A stretch of 32,000 bases of DNA from an uncultured Erysipelotrichaceae bacterium (GTDB lineage Bacteria > Bacillota_I > Bacilli_A > Erysipelotrichales > Erysipelotrichaceae): contig OW818668.1 in NCBI GenBank assembly GCA_942493105.1, positions 1,650,001-1,682,000 of the forward strand, in the 5' to 3' direction. The notes under the pieces were generated by a model. The model was not told the DNA's origin and ran no database searches. It saw nothing but the letters and a program-made list of their open reading frames with translations. Made by a program: the position numbers and the translations under genes. Position 1 is the stretch's first letter, and each line of letters starts with the position of its first letter. Positions 7,476 through 17,024 of this stretch are shown piece by piece.

Positions 7476-8075
7476 TTATTTGGAACTGACATCGTGGATG
7501 CCAGTTTTTTTATTTAGGTGTTGAGATATGAAATACGTTCCAACAAACATGACAATACTTCCAAGATAGATCCAGACTTGATTTTCTTGTGCCTGAAAAG
7601 CATTCCCAAAAAAGGAAAACAACCCAATCATGACAACTTTTCCTATTGCGATACTGATCAAATATTTGCGTTTAGAATATCGAGCCAATCCAAACGCTAG
7701 GTTCATAAAAGAACTAGGGGTTGAAGGTAGCATACTTAATACCGCAATCATTAATGGACTTTGACGATTGACCCAGTTGATGGTTTTATCGATACTTTTG
7801 ATTTTGTGCATTCTTTCATGTAGTCCATATGAACTTATGGTGCGATAAAACATAAACATAATGGTTGCACCCAACATTGTTCCTGCATAAGATGTCAAAA
7901 ACCCGATGACCAATCCATATATGTTGACATTTAGAATAACAATCAAAACCAAAGGTAAGGCTGGAACTAAAGATTCCAACATCGCTAAAAAAACTGGCGC
8001 TAAAATACCAAAAGATTCAATTTTATTGGATATGTCTAACCAAAAAAGTGGATCTAGAAGTTTTGATAAATCCAT
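7476..8075 (-). CDS. TVP38/TMEM64 (DedA/SNARE-associated) family membrane protein
   Basis: 199 aa polytopic membrane protein. LESLVPALPLVLIVILNVNIYG...GFLTSYAGTMLGATIMFMFYR and the PSTPSSFMNLAFGLARYSKRKYL segment are typical of the family. Confidence 0.75.
   Translation of the reverse strand: MDLSKLLDPLFWLDISNKIESFGILAPVFLAMLESLVPALPLVLIVILNVNIYGLVIGFLTSYAGTMLGATIMFMFYRTISSYGLHERMHKIKSIDKTINWVNRQSPLMIAVLSMLPSTPSSFMNLAFGLARYSKRKYLISIAIGKVVMIGLFSFFGNAFQAQENQVWIYLGSIVMFVGTYFISQHLNKKTGIHDVSSK
7484..7511 (+). terminator. Weak candidate terminator for the thioredoxin-fold gene, inside the 3' end of the convergent gene
   Basis: AACTG (7484-7488), 13-nt loop, CAGTT (7502-7506), then a T-run to 7511. 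The stem is short and the loop large. Confidence 0.25.
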
Positions 8076-8761
8076 TATTGAATTACTCCAACAAAATCAT
8101 GACAAAGCTTAGCGCTTCGATCAGATGCTTTAGCTAAATATTGAGAGAAAGACATCGAATTATCTGCATGTAAAACGATATCCGACAAAGAGCGGATAAT
8201 GATGAAAGGAACCTTAAATTCAGAAGCAACATTAGCAATCGCTGCCCCTTCCATCTCACATGCTTGAGCTTGTGGATAGTGAGACAAGATTTCATCGATT
8301 TGTTTTTGAGAACTGATAAACTGATTACCTGATACCAAAGGTCCATACCAAACTTTCTGATCTGTGACAAGCGACTTAAACAAGTGAATCAAGGATTTGT
8401 CGGCATAATAAATGAAACGATTCTTACTTGAAAAATTCCGTTCATTCCCAAACGGAGTAATATCAAAATCATGGTAAGTCAGTTTATCAGGAACAACCAT
8501 ATCTAATACTTTCTGATTTGGATCAAGACCGCCAGCTGTACCAATGTTGATGATGTGTGTGATGTTGAAATGATCCAAACACAATGTAAGATTCATTGCT
8601 GCCATCACCAATCCAATGCCACTTTGAAAAACCACTACTTCTTTCTTGTTTAAAGTCCCTTGATGAAAAACAGTGCCATTGTATTCTGTGATGACTGAAT
8701 TTTCAAGATAAGCTAAGATCGCACTGACTTCTTCTTTCATCGCTCCAATAATCGCAATCAT
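8075..8761 (-). CDS. mtnN: 5'-methylthioadenosine/S-adenosylhomocysteine nucleosidase
   Basis: 228 aa. MIAIIGAMKEEV N-terminus, GIGLVMAA, TAGGL and CEMEGAAIA motifs of Pfs/MtnN. Confidence 0.9.
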   Translation of the reverse strand: MIAIIGAMKEEVSAILAYLENSVITEYNGTVFHQGTLNKKEVVVFQSGIGLVMAAMNLTLCLDHFNITHIINIGTAGGLDPNQKVLDMVVPDKLTYHDFDITPFGNERNFSSKNRFIYYADKSLIHLFKSLVTDQKVWYGPLVSGNQFISSQKQIDEILSHYPQAQACEMEGAAIANVASEFKVPFIIIRSLSDIVLHADNSMSFSQYLAKASDRSAKLCHDFVGVIQ

Positions 8762-9456
8762 TAGTTCCCCTTTCTAACCACAAATAAGTATTTCTCTTTA
8801 TCTTTCAAATGACCAACTTCAAAATCTGAATAAATCTCATATGTACAATTCAAAGTTTTTAGAAGTTCAACCACATTTTCATATGAATAGACTTTTTGAT
8901 TGAAACTCAAGGTTTGAGCATGTCCAAAGTCATCATAGAAGGCAAAATGATGGTTGATCATCTCATCTGGAAGACTTAAGATCGTCCATTGAAATGGATG
9001 ACCCAATACGATGCCCTCTTCTAAATATTCTTGATTAAATTCTTGAACCCTATTTTCAGTATGCATATCAAAGAAGAAAAACCCTTTATCACTAAGATGA
9101 TCAAGTGCTTGACTGAGCATATGTTTTACCTCTTCAAAGCTTAATAGATAGTTCAGGCTATCTCCAAACAAAATGATTGAATCATATACCCCAAGTGAAC
9201 TAAGATCGCTCATAGAGCCTAGAATCGTCTCACACTCAGGATTTCGTTTAGAATATTGTTTCAACATATCAGGATCGATATCAAGACCTGTTACTTTAAG
9301 ATGATTTTTAAGTTTTTCACTGATCGTTCCTGTTCCACATGCCAAATCAAGACAAGATCCACTTGAGGTATACTTTAAAACTAAATCAGCATATTGGTTA
9401 GATACTGTTTCATCTTCAACTAAAGCATCAAAGATCTCAGCAAGACTAATCGGCAT
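8761..9456 (-). CDS. Class I SAM-dependent methyltransferase (YqeM-like)
   Basis: SAM-binding motif LDLACGTGTISEKL. It sits last in the yqeG..rsfS cluster, like B. subtilis yqeM. I prefer ATG 9456 (MPISLAEIF...) over the track start at 9519, which would overlap rsfS by 74 nt. Confidence 0.8.
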   Translation of the reverse strand: MPISLAEIFDALVEDETVSNQYADLVLKYTSSGSCLDLACGTGTISEKLKNHLKVTGLDIDPDMLKQYSKRNPECETILGSMSDLSSLGVYDSIILFGDSLNYLLSFEEVKHMLSQALDHLSDKGFFFFDMHTENRVQEFNQEYLEEGIVLGHPFQWTILSLPDEMINHHFAFYDDFGHAQTLSFNQKVYSYENVVELLKTLNCTYEIYSDFEVGHLKDKEKYLFVVRKGN

Positions 9457-9784
9457 AAGTCTCTGCTTTCTTATCGGCCCAAAGTTGATCCAGTTGATAA
9501 AAAGCACGTGAATCTTCAAGAAACAAATGAATCAAGATTTCTGGAGTATCGATCAAGATCCAGCCAGAATCTGCATTTCCTTCGATATGATGGATTGGAT
9601 AACCCTTTTCTTCAAGTGCATCGATCACATAGTCACTTATCGCATCCAACAATCGAGTATTGTTGACACTTGCAACGATCATCGTTTCATGGATAAATAA
9701 GCCCCCTTTAAAATCAAAGACGACGATATTTGTCGCCTTTTTATCTGATAAGACATGGTTAATCAGGTTTTTTTGATTTTGCAT
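9446..9784 (-). CDS. rsfS: Ribosomal silencing factor RsfS
   Basis: 112 aa. DKKATNIVVFDFKG...HETMIVASVNNTRLLDAISDYV...IEGNADSGWILIDTPEILIHLF is the RsfS/iojap pattern. Confidence 0.9.
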   Translation of the reverse strand: MQNQKNLINHVLSDKKATNIVVFDFKGGLFIHETMIVASVNNTRLLDAISDYVIDALEEKGYPIHHIEGNADSGWILIDTPEILIHLFLEDSRAFYQLDQLWADKKAETYAD

Positions 9785-10799
9785 TGATTTCCTTTTGGAT
9801 ATATTCCATTTGTTTTAAGCGTACCAATTCAGCAGCCGCATCTAAATCAATGCGAGCTAACTCTAATTCTTGAATGGGATCATAATCACGTGTCGGTTCA
9901 CATTTATCTGCGATAAAAATGACTTGAGATATAGGATGACCTTTTTGACCAACAACATGATGGCCAATCGCATCCAGTATAACCTTATCTTTGATTCCTA
10001 AACTTTTTAAATAAGCTTCACCTGTTTTTTGGTGCCATATGGCTGAAGGTTTTGTGAGATAAGTCGGATCGATCTGAGATAACCACTGAGTAGAAATATC
10101 TCTGGTCCAATTTTTTGTACAATCATGAAATAAGGCCGATACTTTTACTTGATGAAGATCCAAATGATGAAGTGCAGCCAGTTCTAGTGCAAGTTTTTCA
10201 ACTTGCTTGGTGTGTTGCCAACGTTTTTCACTGACCATCGATCGAGCAATTGATTCTATGTAAAGTTCATGATCAAAAATGTAACGAACGATTTCAGGTG
10301 TGGTGTCTTTTAATTTGCCAGATCGAATGTTTGTACTGGAGAATCTTTCAATTCCAGGAATCCTGATCACTTTCATCTCAGGATGTAAAGCCTCTTCTTC
10401 AGCTCTTACCACAACAATAAAATCAATCAAAGTCAGTAGTTCTTCATGATCTTTCCATGCTGAAAATTGTTGAGACTGGTCACTGCCTATGATCCAAGTA
10501 AAGTGATGGTTTGGATACATGGAAGTCAGTGTACGAACGGTATTGATCGTATAGTTTGGTAGAGGTAAACTTTCTTCGATTGTACATACCTTAAGTTTAC
10601 GATAAGGTTTGATCAATAAATTCAACATATTCAGTCGATCTTCAAAGGATGCCAGAGGACTATTTTTTAGTGGAGTTGAAATCGTCGGTAAAAACCAGAC
10701 CTCATCAAAAGATTCTTGCTTAAGAACCGTTAATGCGATTTCTAGGTGACCTAAATGAGGCGGATTGAAACTACCTCCAAAACAAGCAATTTTAGTCAT
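9759..10799 (-). CDS. nadD: Fusion protein: nicotinate-nucleotide adenylyltransferase NadD (N-terminal) + YqeK HD-domain Ap4A hydrolase (C-terminal)
   Basis: 346 aa in one uninterrupted frame. The N-terminal ~185 aa carry GGSFNPPHLGHL (the (T/H)xGH motif) and SSTNIR (ISSTxxR). The C-terminal ~160 aa carry the YqeK-type H...HD...H...HH...D set (RWQHTKQV, LFHDCTK, WHQKTG, IGHHV, FIADK). Confidence 0.9.
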   Translation of the reverse strand: MTKIACFGGSFNPPHLGHLEIALTVLKQESFDEVWFLPTISTPLKNSPLASFEDRLNMLNLLIKPYRKLKVCTIEESLPLPNYTINTVRTLTSMYPNHHFTWIIGSDQSQQFSAWKDHEELLTLIDFIVVVRAEEEALHPEMKVIRIPGIERFSSTNIRSGKLKDTTPEIVRYIFDHELYIESIARSMVSEKRWQHTKQVEKLALELAALHHLDLHQVKVSALFHDCTKNWTRDISTQWLSQIDPTYLTKPSAIWHQKTGEAYLKSLGIKDKVILDAIGHHVVGQKGHPISQVIFIADKCEPTRDYDPIQELELARIDLDAAAELVRLKQMEYIQKEINAKSKKPD

Positions 10800-11086
10800 T
10801 GTGGAAATGTGATTTTACGCTTTTCTGATTCCTTGTACAAGACAAAAGTACGACCGATTTCATTAACGATCTCACTGTTGGTATGAGCACAAAGATCCAA
10901 CATCATTTCTCGAACATCACTTGGACATGACTTCAAAACACTGATTTTGACCAGTTCGTGGGCTTTAAGTGATACTTTTGTGCTTTCGATAAGGTTTAAT
11001 GTCAAACCATCTTTACCGATGATGACCAAAGCTTTAAGAGGATTAGCAAGCGATTTTAGATATGATTTTTGTTTGGGTGTGAGCAT
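10796..11086 (-). CDS. yhbY: Ribosome-assembly RNA-binding protein YhbY (CRM domain; YqeI)
   Basis: 96 aa. LTPKQKSYLKSLANPLKALVIIGKDGLT...VKISVL is the YhbY/CRS1 pattern. Confidence 0.9.
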   Translation of the reverse strand: MLTPKQKSYLKSLANPLKALVIIGKDGLTLNLIESTKVSLKAHELVKISVLKSCPSDVREMMLDLCAHTNSEIVNEIGRTFVLYKESEKRKITFPQ

Positions 11087-12108
11087 TATAGGAGTGCCTT
11101 TCTAAGGGTGATTTCTGACTTAAGATCGGTTTGGATGATGATGGATTCTGCTTTGCCTTTGATACACATCCAACCGATGCCACTGAAGACCACATCTGTG
11201 GTTTCATTGATTTTATTATAGCGTATTTCTGAATTCAAATCTGTCATCTCAGGATGATGCTTTTGGATGTATTCCAAGGCATGTTTACCACTGCGGTGAA
11301 ATGGACAAGTCTCAGATAAATAAAATGTAACGGATAAAGGTTCAGCAGGTGTCAAAGTCAAGATGATAAATGGGGCAATAATGTATGTTTGTGGATCAGT
11401 GACTTGATATGTTTTAGCTCTGATCGGTTTCAATACAGCATATTGATTGGCAGCCTTCAAACTCAATTTCTCAAGGTAACCTTGAAACTTAAACCCTGGT
11501 GTATCATATAATGTTCGGCCTTCATATTCAACTTGATTGATTTTGAGTGTCGTATGCGGAAAAGAGGATACGGTCAAAGTATTGCTTTCTGTGATCGCAT
11601 TGATCAAAGAACTCTTTCCAGCATTGACCATCCCAATAAAGATCAAATCTCCTCTTACTTTAGACAACATCCGTTTAAGATTTTCAATCGAAGGTTTGGA
11701 TTTCAAAGAAGTCACCGCAACAGCTACCCGATCGATTTTTCGATCCGTTAAGGAGTTATTGACCATTCGCCTTATTTTTTCACGACTCAAAGTCGAAGGC
11801 AAAAGATCTGATTTTGTGATGACCAAGATGATCTGACGATCTTTGAAGTGATTCTCCATCATATCTAAAATACGAGTATCATAGTTTAAAAGATCAATCA
11901 ATAAAACCAAGGATCCATTGACTTGCTTCAATTCTTGAAGCAAATCTTTAAAGATAACCTCATCTTTATGAATGACAGTGACATCACCATAGTGTTTCAA
12001 ACGAAAACATCTTCGACAAATCTCATGTTCTAAATTTATGACATAGCCAATTTTATTGGGATCTTTGTTTTGTAAAAGTGCTCCACAGCCTTGGCAGTTT
12101 TTATTCAT
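11086..12108 (-). CDS. yqeH: Ribosome biogenesis GTPase YqeH (circularly permuted GTPase with N-terminal zinc finger)
   Basis: 340 aa. CQGCG...CRRCFRLKHYG zinc ribbon; permuted order TKSD (G4) before GMVNAGKSS (G1) and DTPG (G3). Confidence 0.9.
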   Translation of the reverse strand: MNKNCQGCGALLQNKDPNKIGYVINLEHEICRRCFRLKHYGDVTVIHKDEVIFKDLLQELKQVNGSLVLLIDLLNYDTRILDMMENHFKDRQIILVITKSDLLPSTLSREKIRRMVNNSLTDRKIDRVAVAVTSLKSKPSIENLKRMLSKVRGDLIFIGMVNAGKSSLINAITESNTLTVSSFPHTTLKINQVEYEGRTLYDTPGFKFQGYLEKLSLKAANQYAVLKPIRAKTYQVTDPQTYIIAPFIILTLTPAEPLSVTFYLSETCPFHRSGKHALEYIQKHHPEMTDLNSEIRYNKINETTDVVFSGIGWMCIKGKAESIIIQTDLKSEITLRKALL

Positions 12109-12571
12109 CCTTAATCACCATGCTTTCTAAGATCCGAAAGAATCTCGTAATCCAATGCTTATCAATGATCATAGGTTTGATCAAATAATACGGTCTTTTT
12201 AACCATATGGCTAATAATACATCGGTCATAACCTGATCACCGATCACAATGACCGAATTTAGCTCGACATTGTGCTTTTTGAGGTAAGTTTTTACTCGCC
12301 AAGGAAAGGGTTTTAAAGAACGCATCAAAATCGGCAAATTCAAATCGGTTCCGACTTTGAATTGTCTGTTTGTGAAATTATTGGTACACAAAAGAATCTG
12401 GTGATCCTTCGAGATTTGTTTGATCCAATCGATCAATTCTACTGAAATATTTTTATCATAAGGAGACAACAAAGTGTTATCGACATCGATCAATAAAAGC
12501 GCATTTGTTATTCCCAAAGCTTTAAAATGGTCAGAGTTTAGGTGAGTAAGCGTAGATAAGCGTTTGATCAT
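12101..12571 (-). CDS. yqeG: HAD-family phosphatase YqeG
   Basis: DVDNTLL (DxDxT) motif and GDQVMTDV motif. ATG 12571 overlaps the parC TGA as TGATG; the track start at 12574 is a TTG. Confidence 0.85.
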   Translation of the reverse strand: MIKRLSTLTHLNSDHFKALGITNALLLIDVDNTLLSPYDKNISVELIDWIKQISKDHQILLCTNNFTNRQFKVGTDLNLPILMRSLKPFPWRVKTYLKKHNVELNSVIVIGDQVMTDVLLAIWLKRPYYLIKPMIIDKHWITRFFRILESMVIKDE

Positions 12572-15051
12572 CAAAGGTCAAAGTGGATAAATTCCACATC
12601 CTTGTGTTCAGATTCAACTTCTTTTTCTGGTTCAACGATAAAGTCTTTGATTTGGATCTCTTCTATGCCTTTGACCAGATACAACGAAGGACATACCACG
12701 TTTTGGCTGAAAGTAGCCTCTTTATCCATCAACGGAACATCTTTTGCTAATCTCCAATTGGCTTTTTGATGGGTGATTTTGATTTCATCATAACTGCCTA
12801 AAATCAATCCATCATCGATAAACTGAGGATTAGATTTAACACGTTTAGCCATCAATTCCCCTTTTGCTGGACGATTAAAGGATTTTAGTTCACTCAATTT
12901 GATGCGTTTCATCAAACTGCTTTCGGTTTTAAGTAAAACAGCATTTCCTTCATTACGTAAAGCAAGTCCAAAAGCCATTTTATCTTCAGATAAATTCATT
13001 GCTTTTACGCCTTTAGCTTTGGTTTGCATGAGCGATATGTCTTTAAAATCATAACGGACCATAAAACCATTTCTGGAGCACAGCAAGACTTCTTCACCAT
13101 AATACAAAGCTATGGCACTGACCAGTTTATCTCCTTTGGTCAACAACATTGCATCATAGGTTTTATTCATGCGTGTCACTTCAAAATCTTTTACCAAAGA
13201 TTTCTTAACAAACCCATTTTGACTTAAAGTAAGAATATAGGCTTGGGTATCAAAGGTTTTGATGGTAAATGCTGCGATGACTTTCTCATGATCATCGGAT
13301 TTGACGTAATGACTGAAATGATTTCCTAAGTCTTTCCATTTACTGTCATCTAGGGTATAAACAGGAATCAAGGCATATGAACCTTGGTCAGTGATCAAAA
13401 GAAGTTGATCATAAGTCTCTGTTTCTAAAACCCCGATCAGTTGGTCCCCTTCTTTAATGGCTGGATCTATGGCTTCTGATGCTTGATAGGAACGCAGTGA
13501 AACTCTTTTGACATAGCCATCTTTACTGACAGTAACCATGACTCGTTCATTTGGGATCATCGATAATTTATCGATGACGATATCTTCGACTTCATTCTCT
13601 ATTTTTGTGCGTCTTGAGATGGGGAATTGTTCACGAATGGCTTTCATTTCTTTGATGATCACTGATTTTAAAATCTCAGAATTTGAAATGACCCCACTCA
13701 AGAAATTCATGGTATTTTGAAGTTGTGCCAATTCTTCTTTGATCTCAAGGATATCCGTATTGGTCAAACGATAAAGTCGCAGTGAAACAATCGCTTCAGC
13801 TTGGGCTTCAGAAAAGTTGAAGCGTTCGATTAACTTAACTTTCGCTTCACCTTTATCTTTGGAGGATCGAATCAAAGCGATGATTTCATCCAGGACACTA
13901 ATGGCTTTGATGAGTCCTTCCAAAACATGCGCTTTGGCTTTCAATTCATCATATAAAGCCACAGAACGCTTTAGGACCACATCTTTTCTAAAGGCAATGA
14001 AATCATCCAAGATCTGAATCAAACCGCATTGTACAGGTCTCTGTTGGATAATAGAAACCATATTGTAGTTAAAGTAAACCTGTAGATCTGTATTCTTATA
14101 TAAGTAATTCAAAATCATTTGAGGATCATTTTCTTTCTTGATCTCAACAACGATTTTTAAACCATTACGATCAGATTCATCTCGAATATCTACGATCCCA
14201 TCAATGGAGCGATTCAATCGGATATCATCCATCTTTTTAACAAGATTTGATTTAATGACTTCATAAGGAATCTCAGTGATCGTCAAGACATGGTTATGCT
14301 TATTGGCCGTTACCGTCACTTTAGAACGGATAACGATTCGTCCTTTACCACTTTCAAATGCATCTTGAATCCCACTGATGCCTTGAACAATACCTCCTGT
14401 AGGAAAATCTGGTCCTTTAACGATGTGCATCAAATCAGCTAATGTACAGTTTGGATTACCCATTCTCGCAATGGTCGCATCAATGATTTCAGTGATATTG
14501 TGAGGTGGAATGTTTGTCGCATAACCAGCTGCGATCCCCATCGCCCCATTGATCAAAAGCTGTGGAACCCGCGATGGTAAAACAATGGGTTCAACCGAAG
14601 TATCATCAAAATTAGGGGCAAAATTGACCGTAAATTTCGATAGATCTTCAAGCAAATGATTGGAAAATTGAGATAAGCGGGCTTCAGTATACCGCATTGC
14701 AGCTGCTGGATCATCATCGATCGATCCATTGTTACCTTGCATATCGACCAACAGTAGATTCATTTTCCAAGGTTGAGACATTCTAACCATGGCTTCATAA
14801 ACACTGGAATCCCCGTGTGGATGAAAATTACCAATGACCAAACCAACTGTCTTCGCAGATTTACGATATCCTTTATCAAAGGTATTCCCATCTTCATACA
14901 TGGCATAAAGAATACGCCTTTGAACAGGTTTTAATCCATCACGGACATCCGGTAAGGCTCTTTCCTGAATGATGTATTTGGAGTATCGCGCAAAGCGGTC
15001 TTCCATAATGGATTCTAAAGAATGCTGACTATGTTCGTTTTCTTTGTCCAT
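12571..15051 (-). CDS. parC: DNA topoisomerase IV subunit A
   Basis: 826 aa. Catalytic region AAMRYTEARL and QRDR-type HPHGDSSVYEAMVR. The CTD lacks a GyrA box (no QRRGGKG). Follows parE and is divergent from plsY, the usual Firmicute parEC context. Confidence 0.9.
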   Translation of the reverse strand: MDKENEHSQHSLESIMEDRFARYSKYIIQERALPDVRDGLKPVQRRILYAMYEDGNTFDKGYRKSAKTVGLVIGNFHPHGDSSVYEAMVRMSQPWKMNLLLVDMQGNNGSIDDDPAAAMRYTEARLSQFSNHLLEDLSKFTVNFAPNFDDTSVEPIVLPSRVPQLLINGAMGIAAGYATNIPPHNITEIIDATIARMGNPNCTLADLMHIVKGPDFPTGGIVQGISGIQDAFESGKGRIVIRSKVTVTANKHNHVLTITEIPYEVIKSNLVKKMDDIRLNRSIDGIVDIRDESDRNGLKIVVEIKKENDPQMILNYLYKNTDLQVYFNYNMVSIIQQRPVQCGLIQILDDFIAFRKDVVLKRSVALYDELKAKAHVLEGLIKAISVLDEIIALIRSSKDKGEAKVKLIERFNFSEAQAEAIVSLRLYRLTNTDILEIKEELAQLQNTMNFLSGVISNSEILKSVIIKEMKAIREQFPISRRTKIENEVEDIVIDKLSMIPNERVMVTVSKDGYVKRVSLRSYQASEAIDPAIKEGDQLIGVLETETYDQLLLITDQGSYALIPVYTLDDSKWKDLGNHFSHYVKSDDHEKVIAAFTIKTFDTQAYILTLSQNGFVKKSLVKDFEVTRMNKTYDAMLLTKGDKLVSAIALYYGEEVLLCSRNGFMVRYDFKDISLMQTKAKGVKAMNLSEDKMAFGLALRNEGNAVLLKTESSLMKRIKLSELKSFNRPAKGELMAKRVKSNPQFIDDGLILGSYDEIKITHQKANWRLAKDVPLMDKEATFSQNVVCPSLYLVKGIEEIQIKDFIVEPEKEVESEHKDVEFIHFDL

Positions 15052-16973
15052 TATAAGACCTCCTTCTTAAAATCATCATCAAGGGTAAATTCAACATGAT
15101 CTTCGATCCATGTTCTGCGAATTGAGGCATTATCACCCATTAATGTATTGACCGTCTTTTGGGCCATGATCGCATCACCTAAGGTCACTTTAACCAATGT
15201 CCGATGTATTGGATCCATGGTGGTTTCCCATAACTGATCCGCATTCATTTCACCTAAACCTTTATATCGCTGAATCTCAACCTTACCATTTTTCGCAACG
15301 AATTCCTTTAAAGCAAGCTCATCATAGGCATATTGAACGACTTTTCCCTTGGTCATTTTAAATAAAGGTGGCTGAGCCAAATAAACATTTCCAGCTTCGA
15401 TCAGCGGTCTCATGTATCGATAAAAGAAAGTCAGCAATAAGACTTGAATATGTGCTCCATCAGTATCCGCATCGGTCATGATGATGATCTTGCCATAATT
15501 TATATCTTCTATTTCAAAATCAGATCCGACTCCTGCGCCTATCGCATGGATCAATGTATTCAATTCTTCGTTCTTTTCTATATCCGAAATGGACTTCTTT
15601 TCAGTGTTTAAAACTTTGCCTCTTAAAGGCAATATAGCTTGAGTCTTAGAATCACGGCCTTGTTTGGCTGACCCTCCAGCTGAATCCCCTTCTACTAAAA
15701 AGAGTTCATTTTTACGATGATCGCGAGATTGAGCAGGTGCCAACTTACCTGATAAAATACGTTCTGACTTACCAGATTGTTTTCCTTTACGGGCTTCTTC
15801 TCTTGCCTTACGCGAAGCTTCTCGAGCCAATGAAGCTTTTTGGATCTTCTTTAGGATATTGGTTGCGAATTCACGATGTTCTTCCAAATAATAATTCATT
15901 TTTTCCAGTACAAAATTCTCAACGGCCGTCTTCGCATCGGGTGTTCCTAATCTGCCTTTGGTCTGACCTTCAAACTGAAGTAGATTTTCAGGAATAGAAA
16001 CCGATACAATGGCTGTACATCCTTCTCTGACATCGTTGCCTTCAAAGTTTTTATCCTTGTCTTTTAAGACTCCGATCTTTCGTGCAAAATCATTCATGAC
16101 TTTGGTCATAGCTGTTTTATAGCCGACTTCATGGGTTCCCCCATCGCTGGTCCTGACTAAATTTACAAACGAGTAGGTGTTTTCTTGATAATCATCAGTA
16201 TATTGGATAGCGACCTGAATCCCGATCTCATTGACTTTACCTTCAAAAGTTAAAGGATCGCTCATCGAGATCTTATCTTCATTGAGATATTCAAGGAAAG
16301 CTTTTAGTCCATCTGTATAATGATAGACTTCTGTTTTATTGGTTCTTTCATCGATGACTTTCATCGAGATGTCTTTAAGTAAATAGGCACTTTCTCGTGC
16401 CCTTTCATTGATCAAGGCAACATTATATTCATAATGTCCAAACACCTTAGGATCAGCTTTAAATCGAACAGTAGAGCCTGTTTTATTGGTTTTTTGTAAG
16501 GTCACTAAGGGACCTGCTTTTCTTCCACCTTCAGTAAATTTCATGGAGTATAGATTACCTCCATAAGCAACGGTTACTTCAAGCCATTCGCTTAAAGCAT
16601 TGACGACGGATGCCCCTACACCATGCAAACCACCTGCTGTCTTATATCCATTCTCAGCAGAGAATTTACCTCCAGCATGAAGCACAGTAAAAATAACTTC
16701 AAGCGTATTCTTACCTGAGCTGTGTTGTCCGACGGGCATGCCTCGTCCTTCATCTTCGATCTTGATCACATTGTCTTTTTCAATGGTGATGGTTATGTTT
16801 CTGCCAAATCCATTCAAGGCTTCGTCGATTGCATTATCGACGATTTCCCACACCAAATGGTGTAGGCCTCTTGAGTCGGTTGAACCGATATACATACCAG
16901 GTCTTTTACGTACTGCTTCTAGACCTTCAAGGATCTGTATACTGCTTTCGTCATATTTTCTTTCAACGGCCAT
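15051..16973 (-). CDS. parE: DNA topoisomerase IV subunit B
   Basis: 640 aa. GHKL ATPase N-terminus (LEGLEAVRKRPGMYIGST, HHLVWEIVDNAIDE), Toprim domain EGDSAGG, and PLRGKVLN. SD GAGGA sits 6 nt before the ATG. Confidence 0.9.
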   Translation of the reverse strand: MAVERKYDESSIQILEGLEAVRKRPGMYIGSTDSRGLHHLVWEIVDNAIDEALNGFGRNITITIEKDNVIKIEDEGRGMPVGQHSSGKNTLEVIFTVLHAGGKFSAENGYKTAGGLHGVGASVVNALSEWLEVTVAYGGNLYSMKFTEGGRKAGPLVTLQKTNKTGSTVRFKADPKVFGHYEYNVALINERARESAYLLKDISMKVIDERTNKTEVYHYTDGLKAFLEYLNEDKISMSDPLTFEGKVNEIGIQVAIQYTDDYQENTYSFVNLVRTSDGGTHEVGYKTAMTKVMNDFARKIGVLKDKDKNFEGNDVREGCTAIVSVSIPENLLQFEGQTKGRLGTPDAKTAVENFVLEKMNYYLEEHREFATNILKKIQKASLAREASRKAREEARKGKQSGKSERILSGKLAPAQSRDHRKNELFLVEGDSAGGSAKQGRDSKTQAILPLRGKVLNTEKKSISDIEKNEELNTLIHAIGAGVGSDFEIEDINYGKIIIMTDADTDGAHIQVLLLTFFYRYMRPLIEAGNVYLAQPPLFKMTKGKVVQYAYDELALKEFVAKNGKVEIQRYKGLGEMNADQLWETTMDPIHRTLVKVTLGDAIMAQKTVNTLMGDNASIRRTWIEDHVEFTLDDDFKKEVL

Positions 16974-16994
16974 GGGTGATCCTCATACCACTCT

Positions 16995-17000
16995 ATTATA
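16995..17000 (-). promoter_or_regulatory. Candidate -10 element for the parE operon
   Basis: TATAAT on the minus strand 21 nt upstream of the parE ATG. I found no convincing -35. Confidence 0.3.
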
Positions 17001-17024
17001 CAACAAAGCCACTACGCATAACAG

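Noticed and set aside
12571-16973. Alternative call of these two genes as gyrB/gyrA
   Set aside because: The A subunit CTD lacks a GyrA box (QRRGGKG-like). The QRDR is identical to the staphylococcal ParC type (HPHGDSSVYEAMVR). The pair is divergent from plsY, the usual parEC context, and there is no dnaA/dnaN/recF neighbourhood.
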